DNA from: Candidatus Caldarchaeum sp.
Lineage (GTDB): Archaea; Thermoproteota; Nitrososphaeria_A; Caldarchaeales; Caldarchaeaceae
Direction: 5' to 3'
NCBI GenBank assembly: GCA_038885755.1
Contig: JAVZZH010000002.1
Span: forward strand, 64,001 to 128,000
Length of the DNA stretch: 64,000 bases
Shown here: piece by piece, positions 46,484 to 55,949 of the stretch
Position numbering within the stretch: position 1 is the first letter of the stretch
Layout: every line of letters begins with the position of its first letter
Notes under the pieces: model-generated
The model's input: the letters and a program-made list of their open reading frames with translations, nothing else
What the model was told of the DNA's origin: nothing
Databases searched by the model: none
Program-made: the position numbers and the translations under genes

Positions 46484-46826
46484 GTGTCAGCCGCAGCAAC
46501 CGCCTACCTGATGTACGCCATGACCATGGAGCCTTCCACAGCCGGCGAAGAGAGGATAACGGTCTACATGGGGGAGTACACGCCCAACGAGGTTCACGTC
46601 AGGAGGAACGTGCGGACGTTGGTCTTCTCCGTCAACGGCGGAGCCTACCCTCACAACGCCTACTTGAAAGAGGATATTGGTGCCTGTGATGTATCCCGGA
46701 AACTCGACGTCCGTGGAGCTTGTGTTCGGGCGGGCGGGTGTTTACAGTATCCTGTGCACGGTTGCTCATCCGGCTCCTGTGAGTCATTACGAGCTGGGAA
46801 CGGTGGCTGGGCTGGTTGTTAGGTGA
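46484..46826 (+). pseudogene. Frameshifted cupredoxin (blue copper) protein relic
   Basis: One frame gives PNEVHV..NGGAYPHN; a second frame gives PGNSTSVELVF..GVYSILCTVAH....HYELGT, with Thr where the Met ligand is expected. Confidence 0.65.
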
Positions 46827-46864
46827 AGGCTTATATCGTGGCGGGCCGGCGCATATCGAACTAA

Positions 46865-47122
46865 ATGGTTGAAGAAAAGCGGCTGACCAAGAAGGGATGG
46901 GTCAGCCAGACGCCTGAGGGGGAGCTTCTCTTGGTGAACGAGAACGGGGATGCATACAGGGTTAACGAGGCTGTTGTAGCTGTGTGGAATCTTTTCGAGG
47001 ACAGAACGGTTGCAGACGTTGTAGCGGAGATCGCTAGCCAGATCAGTCGTGAACCCGCCGAGATAAGGGATTCGATAGAGCAGCTGGCTGTGAAGCTGAT
47101 GGACGCAGGGTTGATAGGTTAG
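46865..47122 (+). CDS. Stand-alone PqqD-like (RRE fold) protein
   Basis: Three-strand/three-helix pattern: LLLVN..AYRVNE....VWNL...TV.D...EI..L...GLI. Confidence 0.65.
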   Translation: MVEEKRLTKKGWVSQTPEGELLLVNENGDAYRVNEAVVAVWNLFEDRTVADVVAEIASQISREPAEIRDSIEQLAVKLMDAGLIG

Positions 47123-47134
47123 GTGTGATGAGCG

Positions 47135-48901
47135 TTAAACCAGCAGGGCTGTGGCAGCGGCTAGCGTGAAGGCGGCCAAGCCTGCGAGACCGTATGCTTT
47201 TACGCCGAAGGAGACGCTGTTCTCCACGGTTTCAAGAAAATCAGAGAAGACTGGCACGTCCTTAAACACGACCGACTTGAACGCTGTAGATGCTTTGGTC
47301 AGGGTCTCCACAGCTCTTCTGTGAACTTCGTCCAGCAGCGAGTTGAGGGTGGAGCGGTCGACGGCTTCTCCGAGCGGACGGTATCCCCGGCCTCCCAGCA
47401 TCACAGCGTTAACCATGTGCGTGTCGGTTGTACACAGCTCTGCGTCCTCACACCCATATTTTCTCCCCGTCTCCTGAACAGCCTCCCGAACCCATGGCTC
47501 GGCGTTGTTGGAGTCAGCAACTACGACGGACATCCTCCTAGATCCGTCGTCGAAAACTATGCATGAAAGACCTCCAGACCCCATGCCTTCAGCCAGCCCT
47601 ATCTGAGACGGCACCAGCCTCGCAAACCCTACCAATGCCTCACCGACGACAGGTCTTTCCCCGCCCAGCTTCGACAGAACCTCCCTAGTTTTCTCAATCA
47701 TGTCGTTGTCCAAAGCTTCAAAGCCGTCGTTGAAACAGTTGTGGGCGTCTACAACCACCATGTCGCTTGCGATTCCAGCTGGAACGACTTCGGGAGGCAG
47801 GTCCTCCATGGGGTGTGGGTGGAGCGTTAGTATGGCCACTCTCCTGCCCGCCATAACCCAGCTGAGAGAGCTGACGCCGTTAAGTGTTTGCCTGACGGGA
47901 AAGCTGAGGGATTGTGAGAATACGGATGATTTCAGCAAGGCTTCAGCCTCCTCCGCTATGCTTTCAGCAATTCTCTCCGACACCTCGTAGCTCGCGAGGT
48001 TCTTCTCGTGGCTGGAAAGGCCCTTGAACACAACGGCTTCGAAGCCTCTCGCAGCTAGCTTCTGCTGTATCAGGCTGGGGAACATGCTCGACCCGACGAC
48101 ACGGAACGGCCCCGGATGAACCTCGGAGACGACGATGGCTAGAGGAGGATGGCCGTCTCTCTTGACGGTGAACAACTCACATCTAACGTCCTCAAGCCTG
48201 CCAAGCCTCGAGATCATGCTCTCAAGCATCCTAGACTCTCCCGACAGAAGGCTGGCTAGGAAAGCCTGCAACAGGTTGAAGGGCTTCATCCCCTTGATTC
48301 GCCCACGAACGTCTATCAAGTACCTCGAAGACTCCATCAGGACTACTCCGATAACGTAGGATGCGAATGCGGTCTGCAGGGCTTTCAGCAAGCTGTCGAG
48401 ATATATTTGAAGCGGGATGATTGACGCAACCATCGGAGGCGTGGACAGGAGCGAAGTAAGTAAGGGATGAACTCTGTAGCCTATGGCTCTCCTAACAGAG
48501 TAGCCGATGAACACCGAGGCAGTTATGAACGGAGCTATCACGTACTTCGCACCACCGGGGTGAACCAGCTGCGCGAGGAGAGAGGTGGGCAACGCCGTCA
48601 AGACCATGAACATCTCGACGATCGACAGGGAGTTGAGCCGTCTAGCGGTGTAGTTTAAGCAACGCCTGCCCAGAGTCCTTCCGACCAAGTTGTTCACAAG
48701 CAGGGTTGAGGACAGGATGACCGTGATGCAGGCTAAAACGAGAAGCAGGCTGCCGGAGATGAGGTACACGAAGAAGCCGAAGGCTAGAGATAAAGCCGAC
48801 AGGATCGCCAGCAGCTGCCGGCTCCCGCCGTGGAAACCCTTGATCAGCCTATACCTGCCGGCTATCGCTCCAGCCGAGGTGTTAGCCATATAAAGCACCA
48901 C
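47135..48901 (-). CDS. DUF2070-family membrane protein
   Basis: N-terminal TM helices; HPGPF..VGSS, SHE, VDAHN, DSNN, TTDTH. Confidence 0.8.
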   Translation of the reverse strand: MVLYMANTSAGAIAGRYRLIKGFHGGSRQLLAILSALSLAFGFFVYLISGSLLLVLACITVILSSTLLVNNLVGRTLGRRCLNYTARRLNSLSIVEMFMVLTALPTSLLAQLVHPGGAKYVIAPFITASVFIGYSVRRAIGYRVHPLLTSLLSTPPMVASIIPLQIYLDSLLKALQTAFASYVIGVVLMESSRYLIDVRGRIKGMKPFNLLQAFLASLLSGESRMLESMISRLGRLEDVRCELFTVKRDGHPPLAIVVSEVHPGPFRVVGSSMFPSLIQQKLAARGFEAVVFKGLSSHEKNLASYEVSERIAESIAEEAEALLKSSVFSQSLSFPVRQTLNGVSSLSWVMAGRRVAILTLHPHPMEDLPPEVVPAGIASDMVVVDAHNCFNDGFEALDNDMIEKTREVLSKLGGERPVVGEALVGFARLVPSQIGLAEGMGSGGLSCIVFDDGSRRMSVVVADSNNAEPWVREAVQETGRKYGCEDAELCTTDTHMVNAVMLGGRGYRPLGEAVDRSTLNSLLDEVHRRAVETLTKASTAFKSVVFKDVPVFSDFLETVENSVSFGVKAYGLAGLAAFTLAAATALLV

Positions 48902-48983
48902 ATGCTCGCAGAGTTAAGCTAATTTAACTCTATTTCCACGCCGCAGAAAACGACTATATACATGCTTCGCAAGGATTGATGGA

Positions 48984-49952
48984 TTGCCCAGCATTACCTT
49001 CAACGGCGGCGTGAGGATTGCTCATCTCGGCCGGACAGTCTTCTTCGACTCAGCCAGCAGCACAACGCCCGGCCACCTACGTCTGATATCACACGCCCAC
49101 TCCGACCACGTAGCCAACACTGGCAGAATACTCGCCACGTCTCCCACTGTTGGCTTGATGAAGTCGGTCTGGGAGATGAGGGGGAAGACCACTTCAGTTC
49201 AGTACCATGAGTTGATGAAGCTGGAGAACGGGCTCGCAGTCAAGCCGCTCAACTCGGGTCACGTCCTAGGCTCCGCGGCCTTCAACATACAGGGCGACGG
49301 CCTCAGCCTAACCTACACAGGAGACATAAACACCGTCGAAACCCTAACCACTCAGCCGGCTGAAACATGTCACTCGGAGTTCCTGGTCATGGAGTCTACC
49401 TACGGGCATCCAAGCTTCGTCTTCCCACCCCGCCACCAAACATATGCGAGAATACTCCGATGGACGCTGGAATGTCTGTCGGACGGTGTGCTGCCCGCCT
49501 TCAAAGCATACTCGATAGGAAAGTCTCAAGAGCTGATAAAGCTGTTCAACACCTACACAACCCTGCCGGTAGTAGCTGGACCGACGGTCTCCAAAGCATC
49601 CAAGGTTTACGTAGATTTCGGGGAAAAGCTCGACTACATGCCGTACAACGACGCCGACGCAGTCAAGCTGCTTGCCTCAGGCGGCTGCGTCTACGTCGAC
49701 AGCCAAGTAAGACGTATGATTACGCACAGGAGGATGAGATGGGCTTATGTCTCCGGCTGGGCTCTCCAGTACAGGTTCGAAGACATGGACGCAGCTTTTC
49801 CGCTGAGCAGCCACGCAGACTACAACGGGCTTCTGAAGTATGTTGAGGAGACAGAGCCTAGGAAAGTATACGTCTTCCACGGGTTCAGCGGCTACTTTGC
49901 GAGAACGCTGAGGAGGCTTGGGTTTGACGCCGAGCCTCTCGGCGGGCGTTAG
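48984..49952 (+). CDS. MBL/beta-CASP-like nuclease
   Basis: SHAHSDH, SGHVLGS, YTGD, ESTYG, GKSQE, SGW, LSSHAD, HG. Confidence 0.85.
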   Translation: MPSITFNGGVRIAHLGRTVFFDSASSTTPGHLRLISHAHSDHVANTGRILATSPTVGLMKSVWEMRGKTTSVQYHELMKLENGLAVKPLNSGHVLGSAAFNIQGDGLSLTYTGDINTVETLTTQPAETCHSEFLVMESTYGHPSFVFPPRHQTYARILRWTLECLSDGVLPAFKAYSIGKSQELIKLFNTYTTLPVVAGPTVSKASKVYVDFGEKLDYMPYNDADAVKLLASGGCVYVDSQVRRMITHRRMRWAYVSGWALQYRFEDMDAAFPLSSHADYNGLLKYVEETEPRKVYVFHGFSGYFARTLRRLGFDAEPLGGR

Positions 49953-49991
49953 CGACACGTATATTAGACGGCGGCTTAGAAGCAGGTGTGG

Positions 49992-50162
49992 ATGAGCACT
50001 AAAAGGAGAAAGGAGGCGCCCATGCCTGCGAGCGGGGCTGGGCTGCTTCGGTTCTTCGAGGAAGAGTCGAAGGGCATCAAAGTAAGGCCCGAGATAGTGA
50101 TAGGAGCCTCGGCTGCACTCATAGTATTAATCTACATCCTCAGAGCGGTAGCACCCCTCTAG
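49992..50162 (+). CDS. Preprotein translocase subunit Sec61beta (absent from the ORF track)
   Basis: MSTKRRKEAPMPASGAGLLRFFEEESKGIKVRPE plus one TM helix, 56 aa. Confidence 0.9.
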   Translation: MSTKRRKEAPMPASGAGLLRFFEEESKGIKVRPEIVIGASAALIVLIYILRAVAPL

Positions 50163-50425
50163 GCAAGCGATTCCTCGAGAGAAGCCTGCCCCGCGCCAGT
50201 AAGTTTCCAGTGGAACCTCCTCCCAACCCTCTTCCTCTCCACGACGCCGTCAACCAGCATGTTGCGCAGATGATATCTTATGCGTCTCCGGGGGATTCCA
50301 GCCAGCCTGCTTATCTCCCCCACCGTCAGCTGTCCACGAGAAAGAACCTCCACTATCCTCGTCCTTGTTTCAAGCCCCCTCCTAACGTTCTTCACACTCC
50401 TCAGGTAGGCTTTCGGGCTTATCAT
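50159..50425 (-). CDS. Small winged-helix (ArsR-like) protein
   Basis: TR.RI...L....TV.EI.....I......YHL..M...GVV; overlaps the polC stop. Confidence 0.75.
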   Translation of the reverse strand: MISPKAYLRSVKNVRRGLETRTRIVEVLSRGQLTVGEISRLAGIPRRRIRYHLRNMLVDGVVERKRVGRRFHWKLTGAGQASLEESLA

Positions 50426-53400
50426 GACATATACGACTCGAGACGCGTCTGCTTCAACTCCCTAGGCTTGTTCGATGAAGACTTGAACAGGTCGACGACC
50501 GTCTCAACGGCTGCAACCGTGTTCTCTCTGAGGTAGGAGCTGCGCAGTCTCTTCTCAGCCATCTGCTCCGCCAGTTCTATGTATTTTTCGACGGCTCCTC
50601 TGAACACGGTCAGGCTGAGGTCGACCTGGCAGTAGGGGCATTTACCTGTAAGCGGTATGCGTCGGTATTTTTTGTTGCATTTCTTGCATCGGAAGCTCTG
50701 CACCATGAAGGCTTTGACGTTCCCGATTATGTCGGGTAAGATGTGGGAGGAGACTATGCTGTCGACGAGGGCTGCGTCCTTAACGCCTGCCAGCTGGTCC
50801 ATCAGCTCAAGCTGCACGGATATCTTGTCCATCATCGTCTCGAGGGTTTTGTAGGCCGAGACTATTCCTGGAACGGTGAGAGTTGACTGGGGATGTGTGA
50901 AGGACGTGCCAACAGCCTCCGTCCCAGCCTCAAGGTCGTCTTCAACAGTCCTCACCAGCCCACGGGCCTCAGATATCTTCTTTCTCTCCGACGCCAGCCT
51001 GTAAAACTCGGCTGGAATTCTAGGCCACACGTCGACGTTGTGAGCCTGCTCATCAACCTCCTCCGGGTACACTATCCTCGTTATCAGCAGAGGCGTGTCC
51101 ATCTTTCCTCCAATCCTATCAGGGATGTACAGACGTGAGAAATTCATCAACACGTCAGCCAGCAGCATCACACTATCCTCGTCGCCATCGCAGTCCCTTC
51201 TCTTCGCAGCATGGAAAACCGGGTGAGCGAAGTTAACCTCAGCGTCGACAAAGCCCACAACCCTGCCGACCACGGCGACGTAGGTGTGCGGTGAAAGGCC
51301 TACAACCAAGTGCCCCAGAAGGTCGTCGGCTTTTTCAATCCCGTACAGTCTCTCCAACCCAGCTTGGTACTGGAGGAGGTCGTCGACGTATTTTGAGACT
51401 TTGACGAGGTAGGCTGCTGCTTTCTTCGACAGCACGATGTCTTGGAGCTTGAGCTCGCATACTTGGTGAGGCGAGGTCAGCGGGTTTCCGTGGATGTCGT
51501 GAGTGTAGCCGAGGTTTCTGAGACGCTCGACGCTTACTCCAACCATGGCTGGGGTGAAGTGCGTCATGGGGGCGTTTGTGGCGTCGAAACGCACCGTTCC
51601 ATCCTTGTAGACTGTTAGCCCGTGCTTAGCTCTGAGCACTCCCTTCAGAAAGTTCTCGGGGGTCTTCGTCAAACTCGTGAGACCCTTGACACCGCTCAGC
51701 CGTGAAGGCGGCGGCTCGCCGATCTTCTGGAGAGCTTCGGAAAGTTCCTTCCTCACGTCGACTCTCTGCATGGCTGTGTACCTTACCGGGCCTCCGCATT
51801 TGACGCAAGCCTCAACAACTACGCCTAGGTGAGAGTGTTTACATCGTGTGCAGACGCCGAAAACTTCTGCTGCCGCCCTGCAGCTTCCACAGACCTCAGC
51901 CCAGCCGACGGAGCCGCATTTACTACACTTCCTAACCACAAGCTCCGCAGCAACAACGCCTCCCTCCGCGTAGACGTTCATCACATCCCTCGTCTGGCCT
52001 CCAGCAAGACCGAGAGGGAAGAGAAAATGCACTGCTGGAGTCATGCGGCGTGGACCAGCCTTCTCAGGACGGCCCATCTTGGCCGTGATGCTCGACCCTC
52101 TCTTGTCCATCACGACTATGCCCGAGATCTTCTGAAGTATCTTCAGAGTGTCGCCCTCGTCTTCAACATAAACTTCTTCACCGGGCTTCAGAAGGGTCTT
52201 CAAAACGACGTAGTCTGTTTTGCTCAGGACTAAGTGGTCTCTGTCGACCCTGTGCTCGACGAGGATGGCTTCAAGCACCTGCTTTATCTCCGGGTCGTTG
52301 ACAAGGCGGGCCTCGGATTCTGTTTCATGTAGGACGGCTGATAACCATTTCCTCAGGAGGTGTAGTTTTTCAGGCGTGATGTTGGTCCAGAAATGCAGGT
52401 ATCGGGGATGGAGAGGTATGCCTAGTTCGAGGCTCAGCCTTAACGCTTCGTCGACTGTTGGAATGATGCGTAGAGGGTTCTCCAAGAAAGAGGCCAGTCG
52501 GTTTACGTGTATGCCGGTCTTCTCCGAGGCTTCAAGCAGGCTTTTCTCGGAGACTTTAGCCATGAGGTCGTTGCTCCACCATTCCTCGCAGTAGCCTGCA
52601 GGCCTCAGCTCGACGTTGTTCTCAACACAGTCTCCCACGGATACGAGTATGTCTCCTAGGAAGAGAACCTGCTCCAAACGGTCTGCTATTTGTTTGAAAA
52701 CCTCCTCCGACTCGACTCTCACGACGCTTCCGTCCACGGTCTTGACCACGGGAGGCTCAAGCACGTCCACCGGAGCCACGACTCCCCCCTTTCCCGGAAA
52801 GTCAGCCTTCAGCTGGGTGCCTGCCACGATGTAGCCCTTGAGAACCCTCATGGTTATTGGGTGCAGTCCGTAGGCAGCCATGCCGGTTGTGAAGGCCCTG
52901 CCGTATCTTATTCTGAAGCCGCCGAAGGTGTTTGCGAGCGAGATCACCGGCCGCCCACCTATTACCTCAATCTCCTGCTCGTCCTCCTCCCCCTTGCTGA
53001 GCTGGGCTCTGGCAAGCTCCTCAATCCAGTCCCACCCCGACATACCCATCGACCTAACAACCTTCAGCACCTTCTTAGCCCGGCCTACGATTCCGTCGTT
53101 GACGACCCTCAAAGCACCACCCCTGAGATAGTTTGTCTCTATCCTCTCGAGATTACGGTAGGAGGGGGTGAGTATGTTGTCTGTAGCCACTCCGCTTATC
53201 TCGACAGGCGTCATCTTATAGGCGTAGGCTATCAGCTTGTCGGGGACGTTGTACTGAAACCTGCCCACCCGCCTTACGTAGGTGCGCAGCTCCTCTACAA
53301 ACCTCTTGACCTCCTCCTCCCTTGCCTTGAAACGGTCCAGCCCGAACAACCTTCTAACATAGTCAGCCAGCACGACGACCGTTGCCAGCTCCGTGCCTCC

Positions 53401-53847
53401 GGCAGCCCTTATCGGGCCTGCGAAGTAAACGGCTAGGTACTTGCTTCCGTCATCGTTCTGCTTTATCCTGACGTGGGATATTCCCTCAGAGGGAGCGGCG
53501 GTTATGCAGGGAGGGGTAAGAACAGCGAGAGCCGTGCAAATGGCTTGCTTGACTACCTCCTCCTCGGGAGACACGCCCATGCTCGAGTAGACAATCTCCT
53601 CGCACAGCTTGAACGCCAGCTCGATGCCCGACAGCCGGCCCTTGTATTTTCGTATTGTTTCAGACACGCCCTTAGGGCCTACGAGCAGCTCAACCCTCTC
53701 CTCCATTCTGTCGGCGAAAACAGTTTCTACGAAGGGCAGTGGGCTGTTGGTCCTCCTCCTAAACTCTGACGCGACAGCGTAAACCTTCTCCACTTCACGG
53801 AGAAGCGACGACCGATACTCCTCGAGTTCCGGGTCCAAACCAGACAT
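50422..53847 (-). CDS. polC: DNA polymerase D large subunit DP2, no intein
   Basis: AGPIRAAGGT, GGFRIRYGR, GRPEKA, KDGTVRFD, HAAKRRDCDGDED, GGKMD.PL, C-terminal Zn fingers; start reset to MSGLDPE. Confidence 0.97.
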   Translation of the reverse strand: MSGLDPELEEYRSSLLREVEKVYAVASEFRRRTNSPLPFVETVFADRMEERVELLVGPKGVSETIRKYKGRLSGIELAFKLCEEIVYSSMGVSPEEEVVKQAICTALAVLTPPCITAAPSEGISHVRIKQNDDGSKYLAVYFAGPIRAAGGTELATVVVLADYVRRLFGLDRFKAREEEVKRFVEELRTYVRRVGRFQYNVPDKLIAYAYKMTPVEISGVATDNILTPSYRNLERIETNYLRGGALRVVNDGIVGRAKKVLKVVRSMGMSGWDWIEELARAQLSKGEEDEQEIEVIGGRPVISLANTFGGFRIRYGRAFTTGMAAYGLHPITMRVLKGYIVAGTQLKADFPGKGGVVAPVDVLEPPVVKTVDGSVVRVESEEVFKQIADRLEQVLFLGDILVSVGDCVENNVELRPAGYCEEWWSNDLMAKVSEKSLLEASEKTGIHVNRLASFLENPLRIIPTVDEALRLSLELGIPLHPRYLHFWTNITPEKLHLLRKWLSAVLHETESEARLVNDPEIKQVLEAILVEHRVDRDHLVLSKTDYVVLKTLLKPGEEVYVEDEGDTLKILQKISGIVVMDKRGSSITAKMGRPEKAGPRRMTPAVHFLFPLGLAGGQTRDVMNVYAEGGVVAAELVVRKCSKCGSVGWAEVCGSCRAAAEVFGVCTRCKHSHLGVVVEACVKCGGPVRYTAMQRVDVRKELSEALQKIGEPPPSRLSGVKGLTSLTKTPENFLKGVLRAKHGLTVYKDGTVRFDATNAPMTHFTPAMVGVSVERLRNLGYTHDIHGNPLTSPHQVCELKLQDIVLSKKAAAYLVKVSKYVDDLLQYQAGLERLYGIEKADDLLGHLVVGLSPHTYVAVVGRVVGFVDAEVNFAHPVFHAAKRRDCDGDEDSVMLLADVLMNFSRLYIPDRIGGKMDTPLLITRIVYPEEVDEQAHNVDVWPRIPAEFYRLASERKKISEARGLVRTVEDDLEAGTEAVGTSFTHPQSTLTVPGIVSAYKTLETMMDKISVQLELMDQLAGVKDAALVDSIVSSHILPDIIGNVKAFMVQSFRCKKCNKKYRRIPLTGKCPYCQVDLSLTVFRGAVEKYIELAEQMAEKRLRSSYLRENTVAAVETVVDLFKSSSNKPRELKQTRLESYMS

Positions 53848-53896
53848 AGCTGTGGCAGACGGATAAAAAAGTATCTGCCTCGAAAAGCCTCTGGTC

Positions 53897-54664
53897 TTAC
53901 CTCTCGGGGTTCGCTCCAACAGGTATGCTGAGCTTCCGGAGGTAGTCGTCGAAAGGCTCGTGGATGACGATCCCTCTCTCAGGCTCTATCGTGAAAACAT
54001 ACATCGTCGAGTCCATCGACGACCAACGCATCTTCCTGACAAAGATCGTCCGGACGAGTCTACCGCCTATCTGGCGCACGCCGAGAACGATAACCCCTGA
54101 AGCCAGGAACTCCTCCAGCATGAACCTGCTCATCCGCTTAGAGCCCGTCGGTATATCCGTCGTCATCAAAGTCGTCACCCCAAACCTTTCCTCAATCATC
54201 GTAATGATCTCACGCAGGTATTCACGGACGTAGAACTCGTCCTTCGCCCCCTGAGCAAGAGCTGAGACCGGGTCGAGGACCAAGCGTGAGAAGCGTTTTC
54301 CACGTGTGGCGTTGAAGATGGCGTCGACGAAGGCTCTGCTCTCCTTGCCGTATTTCCGGGCCTCCGCAGCGTAGAGTCGGAGCTCGAGCGGTATGAACCT
54401 ACCTGACTCCATGAAGGCCCAGAAATTCCAGCCGAGCGACTCGGCTCCTCTCAAAACTCCCTCGACACGCTCGTCGATTGTTACGTAGACACATGTTTCT
54501 TTGGAGGTTAGGCCGTTGAGAAGGAACTGAAGCGAGAGGATTGTTTTGCCTACGCCCGTCTCGCCCGTGACGAGGTATGTGCGGCCCTTGATGAACCCTC
54601 CTCCCAGCATTCTGTCGAGCATGGGGTTGCCCGTGGAAAGCCGCTCGTCAGCCGTCTCAGCCAT
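53897..54664 (-). CDS. KaiC/RAD55-like RecA-superfamily ATPase
   Basis: STG...LD..LGGG, GETGVGKT, RLVLD, EFLASGVI, KMR. Confidence 0.9.
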   Translation of the reverse strand: MAETADERLSTGNPMLDRMLGGGFIKGRTYLVTGETGVGKTILSLQFLLNGLTSKETCVYVTIDERVEGVLRGAESLGWNFWAFMESGRFIPLELRLYAAEARKYGKESRAFVDAIFNATRGKRFSRLVLDPVSALAQGAKDEFYVREYLREIITMIEERFGVTTLMTTDIPTGSKRMSRFMLEEFLASGVIVLGVRQIGGRLVRTIFVRKMRWSSMDSTMYVFTIEPERGIVIHEPFDDYLRKLSIPVGANPER

Positions 54665-54773
54665 AGAATCAACACACAACAACAACGTATTAAGAGTGAT
54701 GTTGGGATGTGTTGTTCGACAAAGGCCAAACAGAGCAAGCCTTATTACAGCACCACTGCGGAGAAGGTTCTGG

Positions 54774-55361
54774 ATGGCTACGCTGGAGGAGATCGCTGAG
54801 GAGATAAAGAGGTGTAATCTATGCCCTCTGTGGCGTGGGAGGACGAACGCCGTCCCGGGCGAGGGAAGCCAGCGAGCTGAGTTAATGATTGTCGGCGAAG
54901 GCCCGGGGGAGGAGGAGGACTTGCAGGGGAGGCCTTTCGTCGGAAGGTCTGGAAGACTGCTGACAGAGGCATTGGAGAAAGCTGGGCTGAGACGTGAAGA
55001 GGTCTACATAACCAACGTAGTCAAGTGCAGGCCTCCGGAGAACAGGGAGCCCTCCCCCGAAGAGCGGAGCACGTGCGTCAGCAGGTATCTGTTCAGGCAG
55101 ATGGACGCGGTCAAGCCGAGGATGGTTCTACTGCTCGGCTCCGTAGCTGTTCAGACACTTCTCGGAAAACCCTCGATAACAGCCGTGAGAGGGAGAGCTT
55201 TCGAGAAAGACGGCATAATCTATTTCTGCACCTACCATCCGGCGGCCGCGCTCTACAACCCAGCGAACAAAACAATTTTTTTCAAAGACCTCGAAAAAGC
55301 CAAGACGCTGCTTAACGACCTAAAGGCTTTCGCAAAGCAGAAAACCCTCGACGAAACCTAG
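54774..55361 (+). CDS. udg: Family 4 (Fe-S) uracil-DNA glycosylase
   Basis: C..C.L, GEGPG, GRPFVG, TNVVKCRPPENR.P, YHPAA. Confidence 0.95.
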   Translation: MATLEEIAEEIKRCNLCPLWRGRTNAVPGEGSQRAELMIVGEGPGEEEDLQGRPFVGRSGRLLTEALEKAGLRREEVYITNVVKCRPPENREPSPEERSTCVSRYLFRQMDAVKPRMVLLLGSVAVQTLLGKPSITAVRGRAFEKDGIIYFCTYHPAAALYNPANKTIFFKDLEKAKTLLNDLKAFAKQKTLDET

Positions 55362-55367
55362 GCCTTG

Positions 55368-55940
55368 ATGGTGGATGGAGTGAGGCTGGACCGTGATTTC
55401 TACGACCGGGACACGGTAGAGCTGGCGAAGAGGCTTCTGGGCAAGGTGCTCGTGGTGAAGAACGACGCTGTTAAGCGTGTTAGAGTGGTTGAGGTTGAAG
55501 CCTACGTGAAGAACGACAGAGCAAACCACGCCTACAAAGGCATGACAAAACGCAACAAAAGCATGTTCGGCCCTCCGGGAACGCTGTATGTCTACATGGT
55601 TCACACACACAACTGCATGAACGTCGTCAGGGGAGGCGGTGAAGCGGTGCTGGTGAGATCAGCGGAGCCGCTTGCCGGGGTCGAGGCTAGAACAGACGGG
55701 CCCGGTAGACTCTGCAGAGCGCTCGGGATAGACAGGTCGTATGATGGACTCGACCTCTGCGTCTCCGATAAAGTATGGGTCGAGGACGATGGATACGTCT
55801 TCGACAAAATTGCCGTATCGAGACGGATAGGCGTGACGGCCAGCGTCAACCGCTTGCTTCGCTTCTACGTAGCAGACAGTCCATGGGTATCACGTAAAAA
55901 CAGCCCTCCAGCTAGGGTTTTCGAGAAACCCCCGAGTTAG
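55368..55940 (+). CDS. mpg: 3-methyladenine DNA glycosylase (AAG/MPG family)
   Basis: A..LLGK, VEVEAY, MFGPPG.LYVY, AVLVR, GPGRLC.AL.I, RIGV. Confidence 0.9.
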   Translation: MVDGVRLDRDFYDRDTVELAKRLLGKVLVVKNDAVKRVRVVEVEAYVKNDRANHAYKGMTKRNKSMFGPPGTLYVYMVHTHNCMNVVRGGGEAVLVRSAEPLAGVEARTDGPGRLCRALGIDRSYDGLDLCVSDKVWVEDDGYVFDKIAVSRRIGVTASVNRLLRFYVADSPWVSRKNSPPARVFEKPPS

Positions 55941-55949
55941 TCCGGCGAG

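Noticed and set aside
52690-53436. Long alternative-frame or antisense ORFs (e.g. 248 aa here, 200 aa at 7856-8458, 198 aa at 59643-60239)
   Set aside because: They lie entirely within well-supported genes and have no motifs; shadow ORFs
50422-53919. Intein in DP2, and the longer N-terminus given in the ORF track
   Set aside because: Length and motifs are continuous with no intein signature; the extension overlaps the upstream gene
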